In this document: piece after piece, positions 47,445 through 61,830 of the stretch | Position numbering within the stretch: the first letter of the stretch is position 1 | Layout of the letters: every line of letters begins with the position of its first letter | NCBI GenBank assembly: GCA_043228905.1 | Contig: JBHGNT010000008.1 | Span: forward strand, 19,468,001-19,532,000 | Direction: 5' to 3' | DNA: 64,000 nt | Source: Azolla caroliniana | Taxonomy: Eukaryota > Plantae > Polypodiophyta | Position numbers and translations under genes: made by a program | The notes under the pieces: model-generated | What the model saw: the letters and a program-made list of their open reading frames with translations, nothing else | Databases searched by the model: none | What the model was told of the DNA's origin: nothing

Positions 47445-48123
47445 GCATGATAAATATCTGCAATATGTGAGTGAATGCTTTGTACATCTTTCCCTCTATA
47501 AAGGTTTTTCAGCTTTGCACAGCCATGGCCCATGACATATGATATGTGCATGTATTTTACATGTGGAAACCTGGAAGAAACATTCACTATCTTAGTAAAG
47601 GCATTAGTAAAGCAAGCAGAATATACATCAAGCAATAAAAGGCTGAGAAGAAGGATGTTATAACTGGATTAGACCAGGCATTTGTACGGAATGTGATTGA
47701 TGATAAATATCTGCAATAGGTGAGTGAATGCTTTGGACATCATTCCCTCTATAAAGGTTTTTTCGCTTTGCACAACCATGACATATGATATGTGCATGTA
47801 TTTTACATGTGGAAACCTGGAAGAAACATTCATTGTCTTGCAACATAATCGCGAGGTGGTGTCTTACAACGCAATGATCTCTAGGTATGTGCGGAATAGT
47901 GAAGGTTTTTCAGCTCTGAAACATTTGAGCAACAAATGTGGGTAGTTGGTTGACCTTATTGATAGCATGTACATGCTTTGGCTATATAGATAGGGGGAAA
48001 TTATGCTCGAATGAAATTATGAAATTGGATCATGATACAATAGTAGGATATGCACTGATGTCAAGCGTGTATGCTGAAAGTCACATAGTGGCGGCTTTTC
48101 CTAATAATCTCTCATTTTTGTAA
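47445..48123 (+). pseudogene. PLS/E-class PPR gene fragment with an internal ~145-bp duplication
   Basis: MYFTCGNLEETF..REVVSYNAMISRY resembles PPR motifs, and LLIAC..G..GYALMSSVYA resembles the E domain. It is frameshifted, and 47448-47590 is repeated at 47700-47835. Confidence 0.65.
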
Positions 48124-51089
48124 AATAAGTGGGTTGTATTTTGTAGCATATATGTTTTTTAAAACTAATGGAAGGATATATTGTCTAGAAAAAGAAGAAG
48201 AAGAGGTTTAGCACAATACAAAAGTGGAGATATTACGGTTTGGCTTAACTAGCTCTTAACCCTAATGACTCTTGGCTCTAATAGAAAATTAGGAGGATAG
48301 ATTGAAAGCTTTGGATACACTAATTGAAAGGAGAACATTCAAGATGGGAGAAAAGCTTCAAAAATAACCAAAAGGTGGGTTTTATAACTTTTTACAAGGT
48401 TAATTGGTTCCTTTCACACTAGGTTGCCCATTATCTCATTCTTTCCTATTTGGGTTTACTCTATCCCCCATTTCCCACGATTTGTTGACGTCGATGTCTC
48501 CACAACCGGTGTCTCGAGTGTCAGATACTTAACACTTAACATTGAAGACAATGAGAATTTGTGTTGATACTCACAAAACTCGTTGCGATTAAATAAAGCC
48601 AAGGGAAGATGTTTTGTTCAATAGGTGCTAAACCGTTTTTTTTCAATATTTTACATGTCTCTAATATATTTTCAATAGGTGCTAAACCGCCTCCACTTGC
48701 ACATCCCTCACATGTAACTTCTTTGTCACATTTCTCATTTTCCTATAAGTAATAGAGCTAGCCTTAATGTATGAATCTTCAATACAACTTCCATGTATCG
48801 CCAATAATGAAGCTCGTCAACTCATGGACAACGATAATACAACAATATTGAATATCAAACACACGATAACTTGATTTGCCTTGAGTACCTTGTCGAAAAG
48901 TCCCACCAATGAGTTGGACAAGAACCACAACGACCTCCTTGAAGGGCAAATGAGGATTGCTATGTCAACATCTACTAAGGGCATTAGTGAATCGGAAAGG
49001 ATCAATGAGTAACCATGCTCATTAGGTTTATACATAGGTGCCACAACATATATTACACCTCATGTATAAATGTATCTAAATATTGAATGCTTGAGTGTTG
49101 TCTCATGTGAAATAAGGGGCTCCTTATGGCAATGTCCTTAAAGCTAAATTGGGACGTAACACACAACGAGGACTTATTTTTAGCAAGTTTAAGCAGGAGC
49201 CATGAAGAAATTTTGTTAACTATGTCTAAAGCAAACAACTTGAATGAATTCTCTGGTATGCATTGCAATATCTTGATCATTTGTTTTAATGATGACAACA
49301 TAATGCTCAAGAAACTATAGATGAGTCTAATTTCTCTAAGTTATCTCACATATCTTATGGCTATGAGAAAATGAATGAGGAAGTATCAAGTCGTGAAGAT
49401 GAATCGTCGTCCTTTTGCTTTTGCATTGTCCATCAAAGTTAGTTGTGTAATTTGTTTATTGAAACATTCCAATCGTCGTTGGCAAACCACTCGAGGTCTT
49501 ATTTAACCACATACAATGTAATGCATGATCATATTTGAGTACTCCAATTAACTCAACTTCACTATATGTGTGTTTATACATAGAAATGCTCAAAGAAATT
49601 GTTTGCTAAGATATACCAGAGAGTCCAAGGTTTCAACCTAACAAAGTGAGGTTTCAACATTACCAATTTTCTTTAGTTTGATGTGATAATGGGTAATCAA
49701 TTTCAAGCCAATAAACAACTCTTCGTTGATTTTTTAATTCATGTTAATGTGCCTTACACTCGATGCTTATATGGTTTAAAAAAAAGAGATTCCAATGAAT
49801 GAGCACACAAATTAGTTGCATCTGGTGCGATATATCAATTTGATCACGAGAAGAAGAAGATTCTAATTTGAGGCAATATTGGCATTCCACACATGACATC
49901 AATTAATTCCACAACCTGTTGGATGAATACACATCGTGCCTACGGTTATCAAACACACATTGTGCCTACGGTTACCAGTGTTTGATACAAGACCCCCTTT
50001 GCGTAATGGTTCATTGTTCTTGACAACCGAGCTAAAATATACCTTCATGTTAATGATGCACAACTCTTAGTTCCTAGGATGTGCCCAACAATTATCTAGC
50101 AAGGAAAAACGATGTGTATATGTTACACGCCCATATAGGGAAATGGATCGATGTGTGTATAGACTTAAAAGTTGGAGCAGAGGGACACATTACTAAGGTA
50201 TCTCAAAACATTATGAACCCCCCATGCATGATGTTATTTTTTGAATGGTAGGGTGGAACTTTGAGTATCTCTTTAGATTCGGTTGAAGGTTTCCGTACAT
50301 TGTTAGTGTTGTCAGTTGAGAATCAAGCTCAAGTCATGTGCACATGTGCTTATGAAGAAAAGCACAATGTGTGAAAAAAGTACGTGAGCACACTTTTATT
50401 GTAATATGTGTGAACTATCTAGTTACACGAAGAACTAGATTATGATATTTGGTTAGTTGTCAAGTGTAAATGTGGTCAAAGAAGATTAGACATTCTTATG
50501 ATAGAATCGTACTCAAGTGGATATCTTGATTAGATTCCACCAACCACATTTAATGTGGCATTCCCGTGAGACTTGTATATAAAAACCCCTTGGCCCATCG
50601 TGTTTAGTTCATGAACTTTAGTTTATTAATGTAGTTTTCTCTTCGGTGCATCAACTGTCATCCTCCTAATGTGTATTTTATTATTTCTGGTTATTTTCTC
50701 CAATTCTTTCTCTTGCTCACAGACCCACTCTCACATACACACTATGATTTCGCATACCCCAACACTACGAGAGTTAGATTCTTTACAATTAGCGACCTGT
50801 CATTACAACGACGACTGATGTTTTAATTACCCAGATTCCAGAATGAGCATGCTGACATATATGAATACAACATGAGAGCATCCATGAAAGGAGGAGTACT
50901 TATTTACACATGAGACCTGTACGCAAAGTGATCTATTGACCGATCATTAGGATGAGTATTTTTCATGGTTCTACGTCGTAGAGCCAGTGTTAGAGCGATC
51001 GATGGCCGAAGCAGTTTCATACCTATGTTGAAGCTTGAAGCAGGCAAGCATGAAAGGCAGATAAGTTGGAATGCAAAAGCAGGCAAGAT

Positions 51090-51450
51090 GGATCAGATTC
51101 AGACCATTTGATAAACCCATGGCTGCATGTAGTGGATTTGGTTTCAGACACTATTGACAAACCCATGGCTGCATGTAATGGATCGGTTTCAGACACTATT
51201 GACAAACCCATAATTGCATGTAGTGGATCAGTTTCAGAACTATTGACAAACCGAAGGCTGCATGCCGAATGGCAAGGCCGAAAAACATTGCACTCTGCAA
51301 GATGAGAAACAAAGGGGTATTTTGGGGAATCTAAAAACAATAGGGTTATTTTGGGGATTATAAAAATACGAAGGGTATTTTGGGAATTATAAAAATACGA
51401 AGGGTATTTTGGGAATTATAGAAAAGGTTAGAAGTATTTTGGGAATTAGC
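51090..51450. repeat. Two minisatellites (4 x 45 bp and 5 x ~29 bp) directly upstream of the kinase gene
   Basis: TTTCAGACACTATTGACAAACCCAT unit at 51097, 51142, 51187 and 51232. AAGGGTATTTTGGGAATTAT unit across 51311-51450. Confidence 0.85.
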
Positions 51451-51482
51451 ATGTGTATGGAAGGCAGCTCTTTCATGCTCAA

Positions 51483-54400
51483 ATGGCGTTGATGGGCAGC
51501 AGAAAATGTGGATTGGATTCTGTGTTTCTACCACCGCCCACTTCCACAAAGTTCAGGTGTGTTCAGTTTCTCATCGTTTCCCTCAGACCCACAAATTTCT
51601 TTTTGCTATGTTGGATTCGTCTCCTATCTACCTCATTCAGTGTATATGGTATCAAAATCAGCGATCATTTTCCCCACCCGATTGGTTGTCTATCCTCAAT
51701 CTGTCCAGATTCAGTGGGGTCTCAGATGTGATGAATCTAACTGTGTCTGGTCTTTCCAAATTTTTGCGTACATTTTTTGCTGGTTTTGGTAAAAGAGCTT
51801 AGAATTAAGGAGAAACCCTAAATCTGCTGCCACTTTCAACAATGATAGTTAGATAGGTTAATCAAACTGTTCCCATATTCACTTAATGTTATTTGAAATA
51901 TACAAGTTTTCGATGAGGAAAAACTATAGTGTAATATTTATATGTTACCCTCTTCATGTAATGTTGTTCAAAACATAGTATTTTTTTTGTCAATCCTTGG
52001 GTGCCCATTCGTGTGGTCTAAATATGCACCAGTTCCATGGAGAAATTTGATTCAGTGGGTCTATTGGATATTACTCAATGATGTTATATTTTGAGATGGA
52101 CACTTATTTTGGAGGTGTGGAATCACCGTTTTGGACCTTTTTAGCACATTTATGAAATCATAGATTTATATCCAAAGTTTTCCCACACTTACCTAATCTT
52201 TAATGCTGTTTGAAGTGCAAAAATGTTGATATTGTCTATAGATTCAACAATCTCCCCTGAGAAAGGGATTTTCTTGGAAGTTCCATACGGATATAAAAAC
52301 TTCACCATCACATGCTCTAGTATATCCTTGAGGTGGGCATTTTGGAAGGGAGATTGCACTAACAAGAACTGGAATTCACAGGAGGAAAAAAAAGGCTCAA
52401 TTACCCAATAGATTAACAATATTGTGCTTAAAATGGTCAAGAATACATTTCAAAGTTTAATGAACTTAAATAAAAGTAGTACATGATACTTGGATCTATG
52501 TAGATCATCAAAAGCACTAAGAATAACCTTCTGAAACAAGCATTTATCAGGAGGGAGATCCAAAATACCCCTGAGTTTTTCTTTATTTTTCCAAATGCGT
52601 TTTTCTTTTTCCCTCAATGCTATTGTTCAACCCTGAAATAACAATTATATGGTTAATGGATCCCTGATTTTTAAATTATATGTGCTATTTGAGTAACTAA
52701 ATGTATATTTCATCCTATTCCTGTCTCTTTCAAAGGCTGAGCAACAGTGTTTAGTGAAATGACCAAAAGTTAGCGTCATGCATTTGGGGAAATAATGAAA
52801 ACTCAGCGGCATTTTTATTTATTTATATTTAATCAGCTTTCTCAGAATTCATCCTTGCAAACTTGTTTGTTTTCCTTCTGAAAAATTGTAGGGATTTGCC
52901 TGGAGTTCAGCATAAAAGACGAACTGTTTTCTGCTGTCAGGGATGGTTTGAATTCAATTCAGATCTATCTGAAGGGTTAAAAAGTCAGTTGAATTCAGGA
53001 GACTTCAAAGTTTTATCTCACTTGAAACAGTTAGGATGTGGTGACTTGATTTCAAAACCAAAAACCGTACATTTTCGTGGATGTATCAATGAGTCATACA
53101 CATTTGATTGTGTGGGAGGAAAATTCTTTGTTAAAATCAACAGGTAATTTATTTCTATTGCCAAAATCTCACCATGTTAAAACATGTGAACTGGCTCTAT
53201 ATACCTTCCTAAGCATAATAATATTTGTAGATGTTTGAAGGGGATAGGACGATCAATATGTGTTGCACAATAACATGCAACGAATTCTTTTATAACATTG
53301 ATCATTCATCAAGTAGGTATATCTAGTGTTTTAGTCAAACCTCTGTAGAAGGATGACCATTAATCAGCTTCTATTTGTCTTCATGCGAATCCTCTCTTCA
53401 TTTCTCCCATCCGTAAAATAGCTTGAGAAAGGAAAACAGTTTCCTATAATCATTGAATCAATATGATTAGTAGCTGGTGGCATTAATGATCTTATTTTAT
53501 TTTGTTTCAATCAGGTCTCTTGCTGCAAAAGATATGTTTTTGGGTGAACATGAGGCGTACGTATTGATTATATCTGTATCCCTCCTCAAATCTAGTTTTC
53601 ATAAAATTAAAATTTCTGGTTTTTTGTTAATTGTTTTGTGGAACAATAGTATATTTGTTGAAATGAATAAAGAGAAGTAGAAAGAAAAATGGGAAAAAGT
53701 TCTGAAATCCATGTGGTTACCAAGCTTTTCAATATTCTGATATTGCAAATTTTATGTTTGTATTAAGGAATCATTAATAAAGATCTTATGAAATTCTAAA
53801 CATAACACACACACACACACATGTGCATGCATGTGCATGTTTTTTATCAGGTTGCTGAGATTAAATATATCTCAAGGAGTACGGGTTCCTCAGCCTTTTG
53901 GATATGGAGATTTGCCTGATGGTGGGTCCTATATCATACTGGAACATCTACAGTTTCGTCCTTTTGGCATGGTAAGAATAATGCGTTTAAATATACTCTT
54001 AACCTATCAGGGGCAATGAATTCTAATGCTGATTCATACTAAATGGGAACTTAGAGATGAGATGTATGTATGCAAGGTTTGTTGTAAAGTACCTTGAAAT
54101 TATTCAGCCAAAATATATATTTTTTTATAAAAAAATGGGTTCTAGTTGATTCTGTGACCTTGGCATTTTGAAAGATAGACTGTCCTTGATACGATGAGCA
54201 TAGCATTTGAAACTATCTTGATGCTATTTCATACTTACATAGGAACTTAAACATGCACAGCTCTGAAGCATAGGAAAGGTTTCATGTAAAACTAGTTGAA
54301 AATTATTTGGCCGAAAAGTCACTTTTTTCATCAAAAATTTGGAATTACAGGCCAAAAAATAAAATGTCTTTTCCACAATATGCATGATTGAGAAATGATA

Positions 54401-56083
54401 TACTTACTGCAATATTGTTTTGTTAGATGCAAAAGAAAAGCCAAGCAGATCTTGGGAAGAATTTAGCAATGCTGCATCAGTATGAAGTTGGAGATTTGTT
54501 TGGGTTTCCGTCAAACACAAGGTTTTTTTTTTTTTTTGATGCACGAGGTTTTTGAGGTTTTAATTGGAATGTTATTGTTACTGTAAATCCAAGCTAACAA
54601 ATTTATGAAACCTGATTGGAATGATTTTTCATTTATTGTGTTTAGGCTTGGAGTTGTTCCTTTGGAAAATACATGGATGTCATCTTGGGAAAACTTTTTT
54701 GTGGAGAGGCGGTTAAAAGATCGTCTCATGGTACGTGAAAGGTATTTAGTATTTTCAGTGTCTCAAAGTTGAAATATATACGAAATACATTCGATGAAAT
54801 GAATGTCACTTGAATTTGTTCAGAAATATAAAAAAATGATACTATTCTTAGCATAATTCTAGAGATATGCCTAATGTTAATATGGCACTTGAGCTGTCTT
54901 TTATAAATTTGAAACTTCTTTTGAAGCTCCACTTGATATACAAAATTTCAGAGGGTTTATGATGTTCTAGGAGAGAATGCTAAAGAACTGCAAGCAAAAG
55001 AAAGCATGCTATTAAATAGAGCAAGAGATATCTTGGGTGAGCATAAGTGCAAGCCAAGCATTTTACACGGAGATCTATGGGTAAGGTTTACATATTTACA
55101 TATGATTGATTCCTAAGAGTTATGAATATAGGTTGAAATTGCAAATGGCTCTCAAGGTTAATCATGTTTGTTGGAGATTTTATGTTTTTTTTTTGTTCCT
55201 ATTTTGGCTGTACCCTAGTGGTAAGCCAAGTTTTTACTAACCCATGCAAGCATGTTGGTTCAAATTTCACAATATGCACTACTCTGCTAGATGTCACTAC
55301 AGAATGTAGGGATTGCACATGCATAGCCTTCTGGTCTCTGCGGAACAACCGTATGAACTGAGCTACAGCCATCTGAGTTTTCTTTCTTAACATTGTGCAA
55401 TATTTCTGTGTAGATGGGAAACACAGGTTTATTAGCAACGGGAGAGGTCGCCATGTTTGATCCTGCGACCTTCATTGGGGATGCTGAATTTGGTAAACTC
55501 TACTTTTTTCGTGTTCTACCAAAATTTACATACTTAGTTAACTGTAGTTATGTCAACATTTTTCTTGACTTGTGGACCATATGATACTATTAATATTGGT
55601 GTTTTCACAGACCTAGCATTTCAAGATTGGTCACCAATTCCAGGTTTCCCAGGTTTTTGTAAGTGGTTTTTCCTTTTCTGCATATGTCTTATTAATGGTT
55701 TTCTTGTTTTACTTCAATAAGATTTTTTTCCTGTGAGCCCATGTAAGCATTTAAACAGTATAATTTCAAGACTATGCTGAGGTGAAAATTGGTTTTGCCT
55801 ATCTCTATTACACGATTGAAAGCAAATTTGCTTCATTTTTCAGCCGATGCCTTCTATGATTCATACCATGAGATACTTCCAAGGACACCTAAATTTTCGG
55901 ACCGGCATAAGATCTATCAACTTTTTCATCTCTTAAATCACCTCCTCATTTGTAAGAATGCAGTTTTCTTTCTTGGTGTCCTGTATGATATTTTAGTCGT
56001 TATTTAAGAAAATTTAATTCCTTCTCCCAGATGGGGTGGAATACTACAACCATGTCATAGCTATGGTGGATTCGGTGCTATAA
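51483..56083 (+). CDS. FN3K: Fructosamine/ketosamine-3-kinase family protein (divergent), ~361 aa, probable organelle transit peptide
   Basis: Eleven GT-AG exons splice in frame: 51483-51556, 52892-53143, 53515-53556, 53851-53971, 54427-54521, 54646-54730, 54952-55080, 55414-55492, 55611-55658, 55844-55951, 56031-56083. Motifs GCIN, FFVK, MF.GE, RVPQP, LAMLH, FGF, PSILHGDLW.GN, FDPA and LNH. Exon 1 is the least certain. Confidence 0.9.
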
Positions 56084-56904
56084 AGAAGAAGAGTAGAACA
56101 ATTTCACGCAAGTCTTACTACGCTCTTATGTATGATGTGCTGTAAAATTTTGCCTAATTGGGTCCAAGTGTAAATCACAAAGAACACACTCTTACTAGGG
56201 TGCTAACCGGAACATAATGTTTTCCTCTAAATAGGGGCTCGGTGTCCTGTTGCAGAAAACTGAGAAAATGTATTTGTTTCATGTACTACATAATGGGTGT
56301 AACTTTTGTCTCATAAATCATTTTGGCCTTTTGCTCAGAATTGTATAATGTCTCAGATGATGATTGTAAGCTGGTCTCATAAGTCATTTTTTTGTGTAGA
56401 TTTCTATCATGTACTACTAGATGACATTTGTAACTTTGGCTATTTTTGACTCTTTTTGTCGATTTGTATAAAGTATCGGATTGTAACTTTGTTTTCATAT
56501 GTACCCTTTCCTGTAGATTTGTATCATGTGACACGCATCACATGATGATCATAATCGTGGTATTGTTTGTAAGTTTGTAGATGCATGTTATTTACAGTAA
56601 ATTTCATTCGGTTCTTCATCTTTACGGGCGTATGTTAGAGATATTTAGTCTTATTAATTCATGGATTTTTAGTCCCACGACAATAGACACAATGTGCAAG
56701 AACTATTCTACATCTTGTAATGCATCTCATTTCATTATATGCCGAAGGTGTCAGCTTTACAGATTATATTAATTGTAAATATAGCGATACGAATTTACAA
56801 AGAATTACATACGCAACCCAAAACTTCAAATAAAAGTAATATACTAAAAGGCGTGAAATAGGCCATTGAAAAGCGAAGTTCAATACAAGGGGATGACCAT
56901 TTGA

Positions 56905-57127
56905 CAAGTCTCTTTTTGTGGCAAAATTCAGTGCATGCGATGAAGAAGGCATCAAATGAGGGAGATAAGAGCATTGTGTTGTTGTGCTTAATGTTTGTAA
57001 ATGTCAAATAATTTCTAACAAGTCTCTTTTTGTGGCAAAATTCAGTGCGATGAAGAAGACATCAAACGAGGGAGATAAGAGCATTGTGTTGGTGTGCTTA
57101 ATGTCAGTAAATGTCAAATAATTTCTA
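56905..57127. repeat. ~113-bp tandem duplication
   Basis: ACAAGTCTCTTTTTGTGGCAAAATTCAGTGC..AATGTCAAATAATTTCTA occurs twice. Confidence 0.9.
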
Positions 57128-58369
57128 GAAGCAACAAGCAAACAGGATGACAAAACAAGGGTCCCAATTAAGTAGGAAGAATAACGTATCGAAGAAGTAA
57201 CTATAGGAGACTTTGGGAGCGGGAATAATGTATTGGGATGGGGTTTTGTCAATACTTTCTTGCATGATGAAATCGAATCATTTGAAAATATATTGGTATT
57301 AATAATTGGTTACGTTTTAATTGCAATTGAAGTTGTACTCTTATGCCTTCATTTTCTTCTATTTTGTCATAATATAACAGAATTATTGGTATGATAATAG
57401 ATAGAGAACATTATTGATGCTTGTTAGACGATGACATAGAAAAGTTGTATGGCTAACTAACAATTTGAACCAATCTCATGCATGCATCAAATTGGTCTCC
57501 ATCAAAAAACTCAACAACTTTTCGCAATTCAACCAATCTCGTGCACGTTTTTGATTGGGCTAAATGAAAAAGTTCTACAGCTTTTCATGATCCAGGGCCA
57601 TTATCAGCAAAAAACAAAATTTTAGTATCCCTACTTGGAGCATGATACATCCATGTTGAAATTATTTGCATGGTATGGCTACACCATATGGAGGACACTT
57701 TGATGGCTCTTCATGGAGGTGCAAGTAACTCCATCATGGGAGTATACCAAATGAGATATATTTAAGCTTGGAACTCTATATACCATGACTAGATCTTCTG
57801 TTGAGAGGCTATTGACAACTAGAGACACAAAACAAGCAATGAATGTGACAGTAGGAAATGCTTTTAGCATGGGAATGACTAAAAGCCTGCCTCATAATGG
57901 TTTGACTCATGGACATTTGTTGTCATTATCTGTCATGGATAGGGTACCATATTTAGAAGGAGATATCCAAACACAAGTAATTGTGATGTTAATAGTGGGA
58001 TTTAATATCAATGTGCCTCACAATGTTGTAATCCATCACGAATATGCAAACCCATGCAATTGAGGTAACGTTTCTTAAGCACATCAACATATTGAATGGC
58101 GGATGTTAATTTGGCAATGAATCAGAATGGTAACTGCCACTAATGTGCAGAACCACATAGATTTTGTAATGTGATTAGGCCAAAAGGACATCCTAATCAA
58201 CCAATGTGACACGAAGAAGTCAGTTAGTTAACCGGGAGGGGTGAATCAGGTCCGGTGAGGGCCATGGAAAGTGGGTCAACGCTTCTTTCAAAGGCAGGGA
58301 GAGAGCGAGGAGGTGCAAGTAGGGACTTCAACCCGACATACCCAATATGTCGAGAGCCATGGAGTCATA

Positions 58370-58732
<363 letters not shown>

Positions 58733-58908
58733 AAAAAAAGCACACAAAAAGAATGAATGAGAGAGGGATTTGAACTTTGAACTTTTCATTACATATTTAT
58801 AAGACATAATAAGAGCAGTTTCTCTTCTTCTTCTTCTTCTTCTTCTTCATTACCATTCATCTGTTCTCTTCTGCATCAAATACAGAGGGAGAGAGAGACA
58901 CACACAGA

Positions 58909-58940
<32 letters not shown>

Positions 58941-58956
58941 GAAGGTGCAGAAGGCC

Positions 58957-60213
58957 ATGGCGGCCTCGTGGGTCTTCCTCCCCTGCCTTGCTCTTGCCCT
59001 CTTGGCCTCGGCCGCTACCGCCCACAACACCCTCCTTCACTACTCCCCTTCTGACCTAGCCTCTGAAGCTTCTCTCATCGGTTTGTTTGATGCTTGGAAT
59101 GTGAAACACAACAAGCACTATGCCAGTTCCGACCCCCTGCAGAAAGCCGAGAAGCGCAAGAGGTTCCATATCTTCCGAAGGAACCTTATGTTCATTGATT
59201 CCCACAACAGCAAGCAATCCTCCGCGTCTTTTCGCCTTGGTCTCAATCGGTTTGCTGACCTTACACATGAAGAATTCCTTCAGAGCCGCCGGTTTGGTCT
59301 TAAGGTTACTGTTCCGAGGGTTGGCTTGGGAAATCAGAAGAATCGAATGGTGTCTCGGGAGACTAGCAGCTATGGTGATCTTCCAGAATCTATCGATTGG
59401 CGTGCACTTGGCGCAGTTACTGCTCCCAAAGACCAGGGCATGTGTGGTAAGACTCTTGATAAAAATTCTCTTGAAATTATTTGTTTCTTACAAGGAAAGT
59501 TGGATTTGATCATATATGCGTGTATGCATGTATTTGATTATGTGTGTGTATTTGATTATGTATTGTATTGCACACACAAAGTAAATAATAAATTCGTTGT
59601 TTATACGCACACACACTTGTTTATATGAGTATATGTATATATTTCAATCTAACATGCACAGGGTGTTAATATCTTGTAATATTTATATCCATGTCTTTTG
59701 CATGTATATCTAGCGTGTATGTATATGTGTATGTCATGCAGGCAGGAGTATGAATATTGTCAATATACATATCCATACTTTGGCTCGATTGATATCAGTT
59801 ATTTTGGTTTTTCCTCTTACTATTCATCTTTACCTTGTCTATCATGATGTTGGTGGATACCCTATTATTTTTAGTGTTTATAATCTGACATGTTGTAAAT
59901 ATTAATTGAGGTTCCCCATCAACGCTATATTGCATTGCTAAAAAATAAGTGTGTGTATGGGTCATCTCTATGTTCAGTTATGTATGGATCATGTTTAGGT
60001 GTAGAGTGTGTGTACATGGGGGTATATGATATTATACCTGTGGATGGGAGCTACTTGACTTGTTAAAATATGCGTATAATTCCACTCACAATGTGCAAGA
60101 CTGTAGAGACCTGATGCCAGATATATCATGTGCAAGCCCTTAAGTGAAAATCTGATTCTAGAGATACATCATGTGAAATATCTTATGTGAGTATATGTGC
60201 TGTATTAGAGTCC

Positions 60214-60254
<41 letters not shown>

Positions 60255-61830
60255 CTTATGTTTGATGTTAAAGTCTTTTGGTGCTAGGAAATTGCTAATG
60301 TTTGGAAACCCCACACATGATGGAGAAATCTTATTGTTAAAAGCCTTGATTTCTCTCCTAAATTGTTATGGGATGTCATTTTTAATGTACTTTATCCAGG
60401 GAGCTGCTGGGCTTTCTCAGCAACAGGCGCCATAGAAGGAGCAAATGCCATTGCTACAGGTACTCTTGTCAGTGTCTCAGAGCAAGAGCTTGTGACATGT
60501 GATGTGGGTGGTATGAGCTCAGGATGCAATGGAGGCATCATGGATGATGCTTTTCAATGGGTTATCAATAATGGAGGTATAGCCACTGAAGAAACATACC
60601 CTTATGAAAGTTCTACTGGTCAAGCTGGATCTTGCAATACTAAGCTTGTAAGTAAACCTTTCTTTTCTTCTTTTTAACTTTGCGATTTCTTGTTTCATTT
60701 TTTTCAAACTTTTAAATTTCTGTTCTACGTAGTTTTCATGTTGATTGGCTCATTTTTATTAATTTTTATGTTAGGATATTGTTTGTTACGAAACCTTGGG
60801 TGTTTTTTTTTTGGACAGCAAGGAGAGGAGAAAACAGTCACAATTGATGAGTATGTTGATGTAGAGTCATATAGTGAGGAAGCCTTAATGGCTGCGGTTG
60901 CAAAGCAACCAGTAAGTGTTGCCATTGAGGCTTCAGCATATGATTTCCAGCTATATTCAGAGGTATGCAATCTCGTTTTTGTTCTTTTTCTAAATTCCTC
61001 ATAATGATCATTTATTTTTCTCGGGCTTTTTGAACACTTTACTTCCATGGTTTGCATATTTTGGACCAGTGATAGTCACAATTGGCAACTTACCTTGATA
61101 TGGTGGAATGGTATTTGTTTAATAAGAAACATATCATGATGGTAGACTGTAGTGATCATAGTTCTTTTATAGGCAACAGATCATGGCTTGGTTTCTTACG
61201 CTAATGAACCATTCTCCAATCATGGCGTGATCTTTGTGGTCATGGAAATGAAAGTGGTGTTAACTAAGTCCATTGTTTGTATTTTGGATCAACTATAGAA
61301 GATGTAAGAAGTGGAGTTGAACTTGTTTAATAAATAATGTATCATATTGGTGGTGGATCGTTGAATTTAATTGTTGAATAGAAAATATACCAATATATCA
61401 TGAAGTTGTTTAATGGTCAACGTGTCATGAGGGCAATGGAAATTTAACTGTTTGAAGTTAGGGTTTCATGAATGGTTTGTTTTGTAGGGTATTTACAATG
61501 GTTCCTGCTCCAATGACCCATACTCCATCAATCATGGAGTACTCTTGGTTGGCTATGGAACTGAAAATGGTGTCAACTATTGGATTGTGAAGAATTCATG
61601 GAGTGAATCATGGGGAGATGGAGGTTATATTCGTATGGTCCGCAATGGCAGCCCTTTTGGAATTTGTGCTATTCATTCATTAGCATCCTACCCTGTCAAG
61701 GTAGTTATACGTTTTATATTATTTGATGAAAGGTGAATTCTTTGTTTCTGTTCTATGTGCCATTCTTTACCATTATATTTTCTGTTCTCTTTGCCAGATC
61801 TCTTCAAGTCTCCTCGTTTCCGATGCTTGA
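58957..61830 (+). CDS. Papain-family (C1A) cysteine protease, ~375 aa, signal peptide + I29 prodomain, no granulin
   Basis: Exons 58957-59446, 60400-60647, 60819-60962, 61488-61700 and 61798-61830 are in frame. ERFNIN-like [40 protein letters not shown] (catalytic Cys), INHGV (His) and KNSW (Asn). Confidence 0.95.

Noticed and set aside
42630-50900. Short ORFs and possible transposase relics in AT-rich DNA
   Set aside because: I could not identify motifs, splice-consistent structure or termini, apart from the PPR fragment.
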